From Chloroflexota bacterium (GTDB taxonomy: Bacteria > Chloroflexota > UBA11872 > VXNJ01): a stretch of 64,000 nucleotides of DNA. Within the stretch, counting starts at the first letter, position 1, and each line of letters opens with the position of its first letter. Below are positions 11,636 through 21,961 of this stretch, in pieces. Under the pieces are notes generated by a model, which saw only the letters and a program-made list of their open reading frames with translations, made no database searches and had not been told where the DNA came from. Where the stretch lies: positions 2,307,784-2,371,783 of the forward strand of contig OZ253449.1 of NCBI GenBank assembly GCA_965261345.1. Reading direction: 5' to 3'. The position numbers were made by a program, and so were the translations under genes.

Positions 11636-13122
11636 CGGTCGCCTCCGGTTGCGCCGAAGTCCTGCCAGCGGCCGGTGCCGTCCTGCAGGAACGAGTCCTC
11701 GGACGCCTGGTACAGCGGTCCGCTCGAGGCGGCGGCGATGGAGGCGATGTCGCCGAAGCCGAAGCGCCCCACCTCCGACGCCACCCCCAGGGCGGCATCG
11801 ATTGCCTCACAGCCGTCAAGGCGCGAGAGTTCGACTATCTCCTCGAGCTTCTCCTTCAGCCGGGCGGCACCGGCCGCGCAGGCGGCCCTGAGCCATACCG
11901 CCGCGCCGGGGCCGATGGCCAGGAACTCCTTCTCTACCTGGTTGCGCGGCCTTGGCCGGCGTGCCAGCGGTCCCGACGGAGTCTTCGGATAATGGCTATC
12001 GACAACTACCCGCTGCCCGCGGCCGACCTTCCGGTGTCGGGCCACCTCGATGACGCCGTGATCGGTCTCGGCGCTCACGATCACCATAGCGCCGCGTTCG
12101 CGCACCCAGACGATCTCCTCGCTATAGATGTGCGGCACCGAGTACCAGGCCGATCGCCAGGCCACCAGGGAGGTGTCGGAGACGGTGCGGGTCTTGCCCA
12201 GGGCGACGCTGAAGACGCGGTTGGGCAGAGGGTGCAGGGAATCACGTTCGATTGCGAGCATTTCCATCGGGGGGCGTTTGGTGATCGAGTGCTCACGGGT
12301 GTTAACGCGCCGCATGAATTCATCGCAGGCGTCGGCCAGCTCGTTCCAGGACGAGTACTCCGGCAACAGGTTGTGATCGGTGGGGACAAGATCGGCCTTG
12401 GCGATTTTCACGGTCGCCTCGGAACCGCCCTTCGTGGCCGGATCCGCTATCTGGCAGGTGGCGATCGCGCAGCCGTGGAAGCGCCCGAACTTGACCATCA
12501 GCGGGTGTCTGACGGCGATGCTGGCCACGAATTCTTTGGAGACGGTCTTCTCGTTGTCGGTGAGCCAGTTGGAGGGCACGCCGCCGAACCAGGACTGGGC
12601 CTCGGCGAGGCAGCCGATCAGGGTCTCCAGTCGGCGGTCCCGGGTCGGCAGTACCACCCGGTACCTTGACCAGGACAGCCAGACGCAGAAGAGGTTGCTC
12701 GCCTCCCTGTTTACCGGCGGCCCCTTGGCCCAGTCCCACTGCGCCCACTTGCCCGGTTCGGTTATCCAGGGCCGAAATACCCGGCGGTTTTGCTTTTTGT
12801 AGGCCTGCTTGGCTTTTGCCACCGCCCGGCGGGTGGTGCGTTCAGAGCCCGTGTAACCCAGCTTCATGAGTCGTTGGTGGCACTTGTCGGCCCTTATCCG
12901 GCCGCGCGATTGTTGCACCAGGTCGTCGATAAGGGGGCGGTGGGGGTCGATGAGCGATAACCGGGGCCGGCGCACCGGTTCTCCCAATTGGCCCAGCGCG
13001 CGCTTTTGCACGTAGCTGGCCACGGTGTGGTGCGAGCAGCCGCATTCTTGGGCCGTGGCCCTAAGTGAAAGGGTGCGATCGTAGACCTTGAGAATCCGCA
13101 TTACTTCCTCCGAAGATTTCAT
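11632..13122 (-). CDS. istA: IS21-family transposase IstA.
   Basis: N-terminal HTH (LSLRATAQECGCSHHTVASYV), then the DDE region ..GKWAQWDW..LFCVWLSWSRYRVV..WLTDNEKTV... The 496-aa length is typical of IstA. Confidence 0.9.
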   Translation of the reverse strand: MKSSEEVMRILKVYDRTLSLRATAQECGCSHHTVASYVQKRALGQLGEPVRRPRLSLIDPHRPLIDDLVQQSRGRIRADKCHQRLMKLGYTGSERTTRRAVAKAKQAYKKQNRRVFRPWITEPGKWAQWDWAKGPPVNREASNLFCVWLSWSRYRVVLPTRDRRLETLIGCLAEAQSWFGGVPSNWLTDNEKTVSKEFVASIAVRHPLMVKFGRFHGCAIATCQIADPATKGGSEATVKIAKADLVPTDHNLLPEYSSWNELADACDEFMRRVNTREHSITKRPPMEMLAIERDSLHPLPNRVFSVALGKTRTVSDTSLVAWRSAWYSVPHIYSEEIVWVRERGAMVIVSAETDHGVIEVARHRKVGRGQRVVVDSHYPKTPSGPLARRPRPRNQVEKEFLAIGPGAAVWLRAACAAGAARLKEKLEEIVELSRLDGCEAIDAALGVASEVGRFGFGDIASIAAASSGPLYQASEDSFLQDGTGRWQDFGATGGDR

Positions 13123-13459
13123 ATGGCGATTCCGGTTGCCGCTGGAGTTGAGAAACCAGCTAAGTCAAACCGGGGCAGCCTCCGCCGGGGGCCCGTCAGG
13201 GTTTCCGGCGGGTTACTAGATCAGCGAGAAATCAGGTCGATTAACGGTTCCTTCGTGGTCGCTTTTGGGCAGTTTTACGTGGCCGCAGGATCGTTAGGGC
13301 GGGCAATTCCGTGGCCGCCAATGGGCGATCTTTCGTGTCCGCCCACAAATGTTCTAGATGCGGCCATCGTCAGGCTGCGTAGGTTGATCGATTGCGGATG
13401 GAAATGCGCAGTTACACGTTGACCGGCAGCGCCCGCTGGCGAGGTAGTGCCAAGATACG

Positions 13460-14275
13460 CTAGGTCGCTTGCGCCAGGCAGCCCCGGATGTAGCGGGCGG
13501 TCTCCCGCAGCGTTTGATCGCGTGGCTCGGCAACACTGCACTCCAGCGCTCCGTAGCCCTCGTAACCGATGTCGCGCAGCGCCCGGAAGCCGCTGACAAA
13601 ATCAGTGTGCCCGCGTCCGGGGACCTGGCGATTGCTGTCGGCAAGGTGAATATGCCGTACGTGTCGCGCGGATCCTGTCAGGCTGGCTGCGATATCGGCT
13701 TCCTCAACGTTCATGTGGAAAAAGTCGGCCACCAGCTTCAAGCCGGGACTCCCCACCTCATCGCAGATCGATGCCGCTTCGGCCAGGTTTTGAGGGAAGT
13801 TGGATTCATAGCGGACCAGCGGCTCGATCAGGATGCACACGCCCAAGTCAACCGCCTCCTGCGCCAGCGGTCGCATGATCGCTACCAGCAATTCGCGTTG
13901 TAGCTGCTCGGTTGTGGCGTAGGGCTCAAGGCTAGGGATCCGAGGATCACGGTTAAACAGCGGGACCACAACACAGCCGATTGCTCCGATGCTGGCGGCT
14001 AGGTTGAGCACCTGGCGGAGCTGCTGGACTGCGGCCTTGCGATTGGCCTGATCGCGGTGGACGAACTGGGCGCTGGTCCCGCCACAAATCGTGCTCGCCT
14101 GGATCGGACTATCGGCCAGGGTGGACTTGATCTCGTCCACGCGCGAGGGCAATCGGCCGTCGAAGCCGGTCACCTCCACGCCGTCGTAGCCCCACGTGAC
14201 CAGATTGGCCAGTCGATCAGCGAACGTATTGCCGGGTACTAAGTGTTCCTGACAGGACAGCTTCATCGTTGGCAC
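13460..14275 (-). CDS. Sugar phosphate isomerase/epimerase (xylose-isomerase-like TIM barrel).
   Basis: GYDGVEV.., ..LIEPL..YESNF, and HIHLADSN..PGRGHTDF..L..IGYEGYGALE are typical metal-ligand segments of the AP-endonuclease-2/TIM family. Confidence 0.75.
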   Translation of the reverse strand: MPTMKLSCQEHLVPGNTFADRLANLVTWGYDGVEVTGFDGRLPSRVDEIKSTLADSPIQASTICGGTSAQFVHRDQANRKAAVQQLRQVLNLAASIGAIGCVVVPLFNRDPRIPSLEPYATTEQLQRELLVAIMRPLAQEAVDLGVCILIEPLVRYESNFPQNLAEAASICDEVGSPGLKLVADFFHMNVEEADIAASLTGSARHVRHIHLADSNRQVPGRGHTDFVSGFRALRDIGYEGYGALECSVAEPRDQTLRETARYIRGCLAQAT

Positions 14276-14554
14276 CGCTCTGGGTTAGGTCGCAATTATT
14301 GTCCGGCAATTTCTGGCGTCGCTCGCGGCAAATCCATCGGCATGCGCCGCTGTCATCGCATACGCTGGCAATTGACTCTGCTCACCGGAGATTAACGCGC
14401 TCCGGGTAGCAGCACTCCCTGAGTTGGTTCAGGATCATTCGCAGGCCAAGCGGGCGAGGGCGCAAGGAAGTTCTCGCGCCGTCCGGTGCAGGGTTTTGCG
14501 ATGGGCTTGTATATACCCCTAGGATTAATTGCCCTGTCGAAATTTAGCGGTTAC

Positions 14555-15298
14555 ATGAAAAAAATCAACGATACCCTGGTCAAAGATGCGGTTCGGCAGG
14601 CGTACGGCCAACTGGCGCGCCAATCTGATGCCTCACCAGACAAATGCTGTGAGCCGGCACCGTCGCGCCTCTACTGCGGGGGCGAAACCGAGGGACTTCC
14701 CGATGGCACCATTGCGGCTTCAGCCGGGTGCGGGAACCCGCACGCGATTGGAACCCTGCGCGAAGGGGAAACGGTGGTCGACTTCGGCAGCGGCGGCGGA
14801 ATCGACTGCTTCATTGCAGCCCGCGCGGTGGGTCCCCGCGGCCGCGTGGTCGGCATTGACATGACCGCCGACATGGTTGATCTGGCCCGCAAAGGCGCCA
14901 ACGAGGCCGGTCTGGAAAATGTCGAATTCCACCTCGCCGAGATGGAGGCCACGCCGCTGGCGGATGCCTCCGTGGATGCGATCATCACCAACTGCGTAAT
15001 CAATCTGGCCCCTGACAAGGACCGGGTTTTCGCCGAGGCCTTCCGCATCCTTCGGCCCGGCGGTCGACTGATGATCTCCGACCTGGTGCGGACCAGCGAG
15101 GATCCGGCCGATGCGGCCGGATCGCTCGACGACTGGGTCTCCTGCCTTGCCGGAACCGAGCCGCGCGAGGTCTACCTGCGGCGGATTCGTAACGCCGGTT
15201 TCGAGCCGGTGGAGGTAATGGCTGCTGAACCCTGGCGCAGCGAGCGCTGGCACGGAACGCTGGAGAGCGCCAGCATCATCGCTGGCAAACCCGAATAA
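14555..15298 (+). CDS. arsM: Arsenite S-adenosylmethionine methyltransferase-like protein.
   Basis: VRQAYGQLA..CC..GCGNP..GETVVDFGSGGGIDCF (SAM motif I) ..ITNCVINLAPDKDRVF..WVSCLAG. The cysteine pattern is typical of ArsM. The ATG at 14555 was chosen over the upstream GTG at 14486. Confidence 0.7.
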   Translation: MKKINDTLVKDAVRQAYGQLARQSDASPDKCCEPAPSRLYCGGETEGLPDGTIAASAGCGNPHAIGTLREGETVVDFGSGGGIDCFIAARAVGPRGRVVGIDMTADMVDLARKGANEAGLENVEFHLAEMEATPLADASVDAIITNCVINLAPDKDRVFAEAFRILRPGGRLMISDLVRTSEDPADAAGSLDDWVSCLAGTEPREVYLRRIRNAGFEPVEVMAAEPWRSERWHGTLESASIIAGKPE

Positions 15299-17022
15299 TA
15301 GCGGCCCCAAGGCGTGGGCGGCAATAACGACCGGAGTGCCGAGGCTTACTTTGCCGATGCAGATGAAGTCGACCGACAACCCTTCGCGCCAGGCATGCTG
15401 CGACCCATAGGGCTCCTCGCCGGCCAGGAGCAGCCCGCGCCCGTGGCGCTGATTGGTGGTCCGGGGAAGGTCGTTGGCACGAAGTTTTCGGTATCAAGCG
15501 GGCCGGAGAGCTCAGCCCGCAGCCGTGCAACGCCGCTGCCATCAAAAACCGAGAAGGACGCGCGCCGGGAAATCCCCAGCCGGTCCAGATCGGAATCGGA
15601 GAGCGCCAACCCCAGGCCGGGTTGTTTCACCAACAGGATGGCCGGCATTCCCACCCGCGCGATTAGGTCGGCGATCAATTGATCGGGCTCGGCAAGCTGC
15701 CGCGGGCCGTCGACCAGGAAAAGGGCCAGGTCGGCCCGGCCTCGCCGAGCGCGCGCTCGGTGCGCGCGATTCGCTCAGACTCGGTTGCCCCGGGCCCGGA
15801 CCTTACCTCGGCGGTATCAGATAGCACCACCATCAGGCCGTCGTCGTGAGTGGTTCCTCCAGGGCATCGCGGGTGTCCCGGCCTCGACGATAGCGATCGC
15901 AAGGTTGCGTCCCAACAGCAGATTCATGGTCGAATATTTGCCGGCGTCGGGGGCGTCCACCAATGCTTTGCGCAGACCTGCGCCCAGCAGTTGGCCGGTA
16001 TCTGACCTCGCCGAAGCGGCGGCGACCTCAGTCTGCGCCGTCGCCAGCATCTCCCTCCTAATCGTCTCGTGCGTAAGCGACGAGACATCGTCTTCGGCCA
16101 AATCGATCTCGGCCTCCAGCGGTGCGCGCGGGTCGATCAGCCGTCTCGGGATTGCGTGCACCCGACCTGTCGACGATCCGCCCAACAGCGCGCGCCTACT
16201 TTTGCGAGAGGTAATTGGGCGCGGCCACCATGTCGGGCACCGCCCCGGGGCGGACCAGATCAAGGCGCCCGCTCAAAATAGCGTGCACCGTAATTTCACT
16301 CGGTTCGGCCGGCCAGCGAGATGATCGAAATATGCGGGTGCGGCGCCGACGTCGTGGTCGAACTGGAAGGCAAGCCGGGTGGACTGAAACTGGCTGCTGA
16401 CATGCTGCTGCGCTGGCGCGCGGCGTCTCTCCAAAGGAAATGATCGTGACCAATCGTCTCCCGCTGGATCGCATCGGCGATTGCGGCGTTGTTGTCCCGG
16501 GCGCCTGAGCGTTGGCCAGGAAACGCTCCCGAGGGTCGCGGCGGTCCCGATTCCATTTATCTTGACAATTTCGGTAAAGAATCGAGCCGAGCGCTGATTG
16601 CAATCAACCCGCACGCACGCCACGGGGTGGCGGCGCTGGTAGATCATGCCCAGGAGGCACCGCAAATACGCCGCGCCCAGGCTATTGCCGGGCGCCAGCG
16701 CGTACCGCCCAGCATTCTGAGTCCGGTGCTTGGCTTCGCAGGTGCGGTCCGGGCTCGTGCGCTCGCGGCGCCAACGGCGGCTACCAGCTGGCGGTCGCCT
16801 CCACCGGTTTAACCCTCGATCGAATCCTCTTCTAGCTAGGCATGGAACCGCCCGGGAACGGTTGCATCGGCATGGAAAAGGCCGAACAGACGGCGCTGGT
16901 GGCGATGCCCCGAACCAACCTGGCCGACCTGGCGCTGCAGAGTGCCAGCGACGTTGCCGGCTGCCAAATCTAGTCGGGCGCCGCTCGGAAGAGAGCGGGG
17001 TCAACCCAGCGACGATCAGCTT

Positions 17023-17757
17023 TTAAGGGTAAGCCTGCACCGCCGGGGTGATCACCAGCTCCGGGATCGCTGCACGCGGGTGCAACGTCGCGACAAACAG
17101 CGCCGCGTCGGCCACATCCTCGGGTTGGAGCATGAGCGCCCGGCTTTCGGAAGAGGGAACGATCGACCTTTTCTCCAGAAACGGCGTATCCACTTCGCCC
17201 GGATTGATGACGCAGCATCTAATGCCGTTTGCCCCTTCCTCCAGGTGACCGGTCAGACTCAGTGCGCGAACGCCATGTTTGCTGGCCCCGTAAGCAGCTC
17301 CAGTGACCACCGATGCACGAAGTCCCCCGACCGAAGAAACCGTTATTACCACGCCGTCCCCACGTTCGCGCATACCAGGCAGAACCGCCTGCATCAGGTA
17401 AAACGGCGCATTCAGATTCACCCGCACGACGGCGTCAAAGTCCTCGCGGCTAACTTTGGCGAGCGCGCGGTCGGTCACGTTGATTCCGGCATTGTTGACC
17501 AGGATGTCGATTTGCGGCAATCGATCGATCGCCCAGGCGACTAAGCCGTCGACCGCGCTTGCATCACCTATGTCGGCGGGGTAGGGATGCAGCCGCCGGC
17601 CGACCGTGTCGGCGCTAGCTTTCGCCCGTTCCAGTTTTTGGGGCGTTCGCCCGACCGTGACGACCTCGGCACCCTCACTTGCAAATAGCCGAGCCACGGC
17701 TTGGCCGATTCCGCTCCCCGCGCCGGTCACGATCACGCCCTTCCCTTCAAGTTTCAT
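17023..17757 (-). CDS. Short-chain dehydrogenase/reductase (SDR) family oxidoreductase.
   Basis: MKLEGKGVIVTGAGSGIGQAVA (TGxxxGxG), NNAG, and YGASKHGV (YxxxK). The internal ATG at 17757 was chosen over the track ORF start at 17943. Confidence 0.85.
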   Translation of the reverse strand: MKLEGKGVIVTGAGSGIGQAVARLFASEGAEVVTVGRTPQKLERAKASADTVGRRLHPYPADIGDASAVDGLVAWAIDRLPQIDILVNNAGINVTDRALAKVSREDFDAVVRVNLNAPFYLMQAVLPGMRERGDGVVITVSSVGGLRASVVTGAAYGASKHGVRALSLTGHLEEGANGIRCCVINPGEVDTPFLEKRSIVPSSESRALMLQPEDVADAALFVATLHPRAAIPELVITPAVQAYP

Positions 17758-17886
17758 CGCTCTGCTTTCAATAGGCTCATTTGGCAATATAACCCCGTAT
17801 CTTGGCCGCCGCGGACTCCGTCCAAACCGTCCGCCTAGAGCATCCTGCCCGCCGCGCGCTGCGGCGGCGTATATCGCCTGCGAGAT

Positions 17887-18130
17887 TTGGTGGTTCGCGA
17901 CCGGGAGGCCGGCGGCGGGGCGCTGATCGATATCGGCATGCACATCTTGGGCCTGACCATGTGGCCGATGGGATCCCCCAAACCGGTGAGGCTCGACCTT
18001 CGATTACTTCGGCCGTCGCGACGACATCTACAACCCCTCTGGCCCGCACTACCACGCCGAATTCGATGTTGAAAAATCGGCGTTGCCTGCATCAAATTCG
18101 ATAACGGAAACGGCAAAAGCATTGGAAAGG
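17887..18130 (+). pseudogene. Remnant of the C-terminal domain of a Gfo/Idh/MocA-family oxidoreductase. It is frameshifted and has no N-terminal Rossmann part.
   Basis: GGGALIDIGMHILGLTMWPMGSPKPV in one frame and ..ACIKFDNGNGKSIG in another. There is not enough upstream space for the NAD domain. Confidence 0.35.
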
Positions 18131-18685
18131 GTTGAGCAGGCGGTGCGGCTCGAAAGCGTCGCGGGCCCGTACCATCGCCCCCAACGGCGACCAACTTCTT
18201 CGTTGCCGGGCCGCCGCGTGGCTGAGCTTTGCCGGACCGGTGCAATTTTGGTTTGGCCCTGCGTTTCGCGGGGACAATCCAGCGCCAACGCGTGCGGCCA
18301 GGCCGATGCGCGAGCGAATGTTTCGGCGTCGGTGCGCCACTACCGACGGTGCTGGCAAACCAGGCTTGGGCGGCGTTCTGGCAGGAGGCGTCGCGACTGC
18401 AACCCGATTGTCAGTCCGACGATGCGGCCGTGGCGGCAATTGTGCTGCCGCAGCTATTCGAGCTTTTGTAGGCCGGGTTCGAGCGCTGGCCCGGGACCCA
18501 GTACGAGTTCGTCGATTGGCGCCGGATCGAGTACGGCTGGGCGCCCGTGGCCCTCACCGCGGCCGAGAGCCCGCGCACGTTCGCAACGGATCGGGCAGCT
18601 CGCGAATCCGACGCCCGGCGACATTTTCAGCAAATTAGCATCGATATTTTCAACCGCGCCCGATAGGAAGGGCATCGTTGGTCGG

Positions 18686-19249
18686 TCAGCGCCAGCGCCG
18701 TCGGTGCGCCCAGCCTAGCCCGGCGCAACCGATGATGGAAATCGATGCGGCCAGGAAATTGAACAGGATGTCAACCGGATCAAAAACGCGGTAGGGAATT
18801 ACCAACTGGATCGCCTCGTCTAAGGTGCCGGTCGCGCTGGTAATTGATAGCGCCAGTAACCACGGCCAGCGCACCTGCCGACCCTGTGCCACCCGTTCGG
18901 ACAGCGCGGCGTAAACAAAAGTTCCCAACACGCCGTATTCGATCAGGTGTGAACGTTCCACCAATACCGCGGTTCTGAGGAATAGCAGCAAGAAGACTGC
19001 AATGGCGCCGATCGCGATGACAATCTTGAGCCCATTGGGTTGGGAAACAAGCCCCTGGGTGATTACGGTCGCGGCAACCAATGCCATCCCGGCCAGGAAC
19101 AATAGGATCGACGCCGGTCCGAGCAGTCCATGAGCCTGTAGCGCAGCGGCCAGTTCTCCCGCAACCGGCAACGATCCGAAGATCGCCACCACCACTGCCA
19201 GAACCCAAAGCCACAGTTGCCGTTCGCGCCCCGATGAGAAGCACCACAT
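18686..19249 (-). CDS. VanZ-like integral membrane protein.
   Basis: About 5 hydrophobic segments and the C-terminal signature GTLDEAIQLVIPYRVFDPVDILFNFLAASISI. Confidence 0.65.
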   Translation of the reverse strand: MWCFSSGRERQLWLWVLAVVVAIFGSLPVAGELAAALQAHGLLGPASILLFLAGMALVAATVITQGLVSQPNGLKIVIAIGAIAVFLLLFLRTAVLVERSHLIEYGVLGTFVYAALSERVAQGRQVRWPWLLALSITSATGTLDEAIQLVIPYRVFDPVDILFNFLAASISIIGCAGLGWAHRRRWR

Positions 19250-19986
19250 ACCCTACGGCCGAGCCTCGAAGGGATTGCTTTTTGGGTGGAAATTCATCTC
19301 CGCGCTCCGAACGCGCCGCATAGGTGCGAGTGGCGTGGTTACCAATTACAAACATTGGCCGTAGCCATCGCTTCCAACAACATCGCTTGGGTGATCAACG
19401 ACTTCTAGATTTGCCGGCCCCGTTGCCTCATCGAGAAATTTAATTGAGATTTGCGACTACATTTTTTGGCCCCAATTCGCGCGAATTGGGGCACGATGTC
19501 CCGTCACGCCCGTTTGCCGCTCCGAAAATGAGCCCTTTTGCCATCACTGCTACGTGCGGTGCTGCTTTGGTCCGATGCTGCCGGGGTGATCATCCAATAG
19601 CACTTGCAGGTTCAATGTTCCGCTGGCGTCGGGATGATCCCGCAGGTAGGTAAGCACGTTAGGCCAGACGTGTTCTAAGGGATCGGGGCAGGTCGCCACA
19701 ACCAACGGCGCTTTGGTTTCAGCCGTGGCGTGGGATCGGCATCGCCTTTGCGCCAGAGATGGGTGAGTTTGGCAAGGAATCGCACAAGGTCGTCCCTTTA
19801 GGCCTAGTTGCGTTTTTCGGAGGACGCCAGGGTGGACTGGACATGGCGGATTTGGTGCAGGGGGAAAGCGGGTCCAGGTTGTGTCCCAATAGCTATGCAA
19901 AAAGCAGGCCCGTAAAAAGAAGCGGGCCACGGCGTCTCCTTAAATTCTTGAGTTAGCACAACTCGGAGCCTTAAGGGAGGCAACCA

Positions 19987-21191
19987 GTGACCCGATTGAA
20001 GAATAACCACAACGCTATTGACTGGCGCCAAGAGCTCAAAAGTGATCCCGAGCTCTTCCGCGGCATCATCCACCAGACCGTCCAGGAGATCGGAGGAAGC
20101 CGAGATGGACGAGGCGTTGGGAGCCGGTAAGAGTGAGCGTACCGCTGGCCGTCGCGGCTACCGGAGCGGCTACTACGGCCGCGGACTTATCACCCGGGTG
20201 GGCAAGATCAGACTCAGGGTGCTGACAGGACCGCCAGGGACGCTTTAGCACCGAGATCTTTAAAGCGCTACCAGCGCAGTGAAAAAGCCTTGGTGAGCGC
20301 CCTGGCTAAAGATGTACGTCCAGGGGGTTTCGACCAGGAAAGTGAAAGGCCATTACCGAAGAGCTGTGTGGTCACGCATTCTGAAGCCTCCAACATCTCC
20401 CGGATTAACAAGCAGCTAGATGCCGCTCTGGAAATTGCCCGAGCGCCCACTGGAGGCCAACTATCCCTACCTGATCCTTGATGCCCGCTACGAAAAGGTA
20501 CGCGAGGAGGGAGTCATCCGGTCCCAGGCGGTCCAGATCGCCATCGGCATCAACTGGGAGGGCAGACGCTCGGTACTGGCAGTCGAGCTGGTAAACCGTG
20601 AGAGTAAGAGCAGCTGGCGCGACTTTCTGTCCCGGATGCGCGATCGCGGCCTCAGCGCCGTGCAGTTTGTCGTTACCGATAACCACGCCGGACTAAAGCA
20701 GGCGATCGCCGAGTACTTACCCGAAGCCATCTGGCAACGCTGCTATGTCCACTTCCTGCGCAATGCGCGCGACTACCTGCCGCGAAGGGCCGATGACGAC
20801 TGTCTCCAAGAACTTCGCTGGCTCTACGATCGGCGCGATCTCTCCGAGGCCCGTCGGGACCTCTTAGCCTGGCTGGGCAAATGGCAGGGCCGCTATCCCA
20901 GGCTCTGCGACTGGGTAGAGAGCGGCATTGAGGAGACTTTCAGCTTTTACCGTCTGCCGCGGCAGCACTACAAGCACCTTAAATCCACCAACATGCTGGA
21001 GCGGTTAAACGAGGAGATAAAGCGCCGGACGCACGTGGTGCGGATCTTTCTTGGGTCGTGCGAGTTGCCTGCGCTTGGTCAGGGCGCTTGCGGTCGAACA
21101 GCACGAGAACTGGATTGAGGCCAGCCGCTACCTGAACATGGCATTCCTGAAAGAGCAACGCAGAGAACTGGAGTTGATCGTTACCGCCTAA
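19987..21191 (+). pseudogene. Second, heavily decayed IS256-family transposase gene (at least 5 frameshifts).
   Basis: An RBS aagggagg (19973-19980) precedes a GTG at 19987. Family segments are scattered over all three frames: EAEMDEALGAGKSERTAGRRGYRSGYYGRGLITRVGKIRLRV, DRQGRFSTEIF, RYQRSEKALVSALA, SNISRINKQLDAALE, YPYLILDARYEKVREEGVIRSQAVQIAIGI..VTDNHAGLKQAI..WQRCYVHFLRN..STNMLERLNEEIKRRTHVVRIF, SCLRLVRALAVEQHENWIEASRYLNM. Confidence 0.8.
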
Positions 21192-21370
21192 ATTTCAGCG
21201 AACAATCAAGCTAAATTCGATAAGGTGACGCCAAAGCTAATTGCAGAACTTTCGGCACATAACTCGGGTCCAGTTTGGAGCGGGCCTCGCGCAATCATTC
21301 CTTTACTGGCAACGGGAGGCCAGGATCATCCAGCAGCCGCTGGCAGGGAGTTTGGGGGCGGTCGTAGTGC

Positions 21371-21961
21371 TCAAGCGTCTTGACCCCCTAGCGCTTTGGC
21401 GAGCAGTTTGAAGGACGGTTGGAAGAAGTTGGTGTAGAGACCTACCAGGGCAAACAACGTGGTCCGAGTTTTCCCGGCGATGTAACCGGCAAAGCGTTCA
21501 TCGCCAACAAATCGTAGGATCGGCCGGCCCGACGGCCGGTTACCCGGCACGCTGTACGACTGGTGATCGTTGTAATCCAGCCGGTATACGATGGGCGTTA
21601 TCCGAGCTTCAAACCTGATTGTGCCCGTATTCGCGGTTGATTCAGATTACCTCTTGGCTTGCCGGAGCGGGGCTTGGCCAAATCGTTCTCCAGCGGTAGG
21701 AACGGGCCTGTTGTTCAAAGGTGTAATCCCCGTCGGGGATGACCGCTTTGCTATCGCAATATCTGCAAAAACAAGGCAATGTTCGGCGCGAATTCGGCTG
21801 GATACCATCATGCGAACATCGACGTCGATAGGGTCGGGGTCCCGTCCAAGGCGGAAAAAGGAACGCTCGACCCTGCCGGGCAAACGCTTCCCGGTTAAAT
21901 TTGCCAATTGCCGCCGAAAGTAATGCAAGAAGAGGTGGTAAATGAAAGTGCTCGATTTCAT
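21371..21961 (-). pseudogene. Hypothetical ORF interrupted by an in-frame TAA (21647-21649). Function unknown.
   Basis: The same frame reads MKSSTFIYHLFLHYF..GQAPLRQAKR*SESTANTGTIRFEARITPIVYRLDYNDHQSYSVPGNRP..LYTNFFQPSFKLLAKALGGQDA*. I recognised no family. Confidence 0.2.

Larger units (their letters stand above)
10348..13347 (-). mobile_element. IS21-family insertion sequence (istA-istB), about 3.0 kb.
   Basis: The termini are TGTTCGCGGACA (10348-) and TGTCCGCCCACA (-13347), i.e. 5'-TG..CA-3' with imperfect inverted repeats. They are flanked by a 5-bp direct repeat AATGT (10343-10347 and 13348-13352). Internal GGGCAGTTT(G/T).. repeats occur near both ends (10406-10437 and ~13267-13287). 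Confidence 0.7.

Noticed and set aside
11623-12669. A 348-aa plus-strand ORF inside the IS21 element.
   Set aside because: It is fully antisense to istA, which has clear family motifs. Its composition is typical of a shadow ORF in GC-rich DNA.
16273-17004. A 243-aa minus-strand ORF, with overlapping ORFs across 15.3-17.0 kb. These include fragments such as ADLIARVGMPAILLV and LAIAIVEAGTPAMP, which vaguely recall BioD/CobQ-type P-loop proteins.
   Set aside because: The translations are Arg/Pro/Gly-rich, as expected for off-frame reading of high-GC DNA. The few protein-like fragments sit in different frames and lack diagnostic motifs (no GxxGxGK[ST]). I cannot support a gene call. The region may be a heavily decayed pseudogene.
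19550-19930. A minus-strand ORF whose tail (CPDPLEHVWPNVLTYLRDHP) faintly resembles the IS630/Tc1-type P.LNP.E..W motif.
   Set aside because: This is a single short, imperfect motif with no DDE region. The evidence is insufficient.
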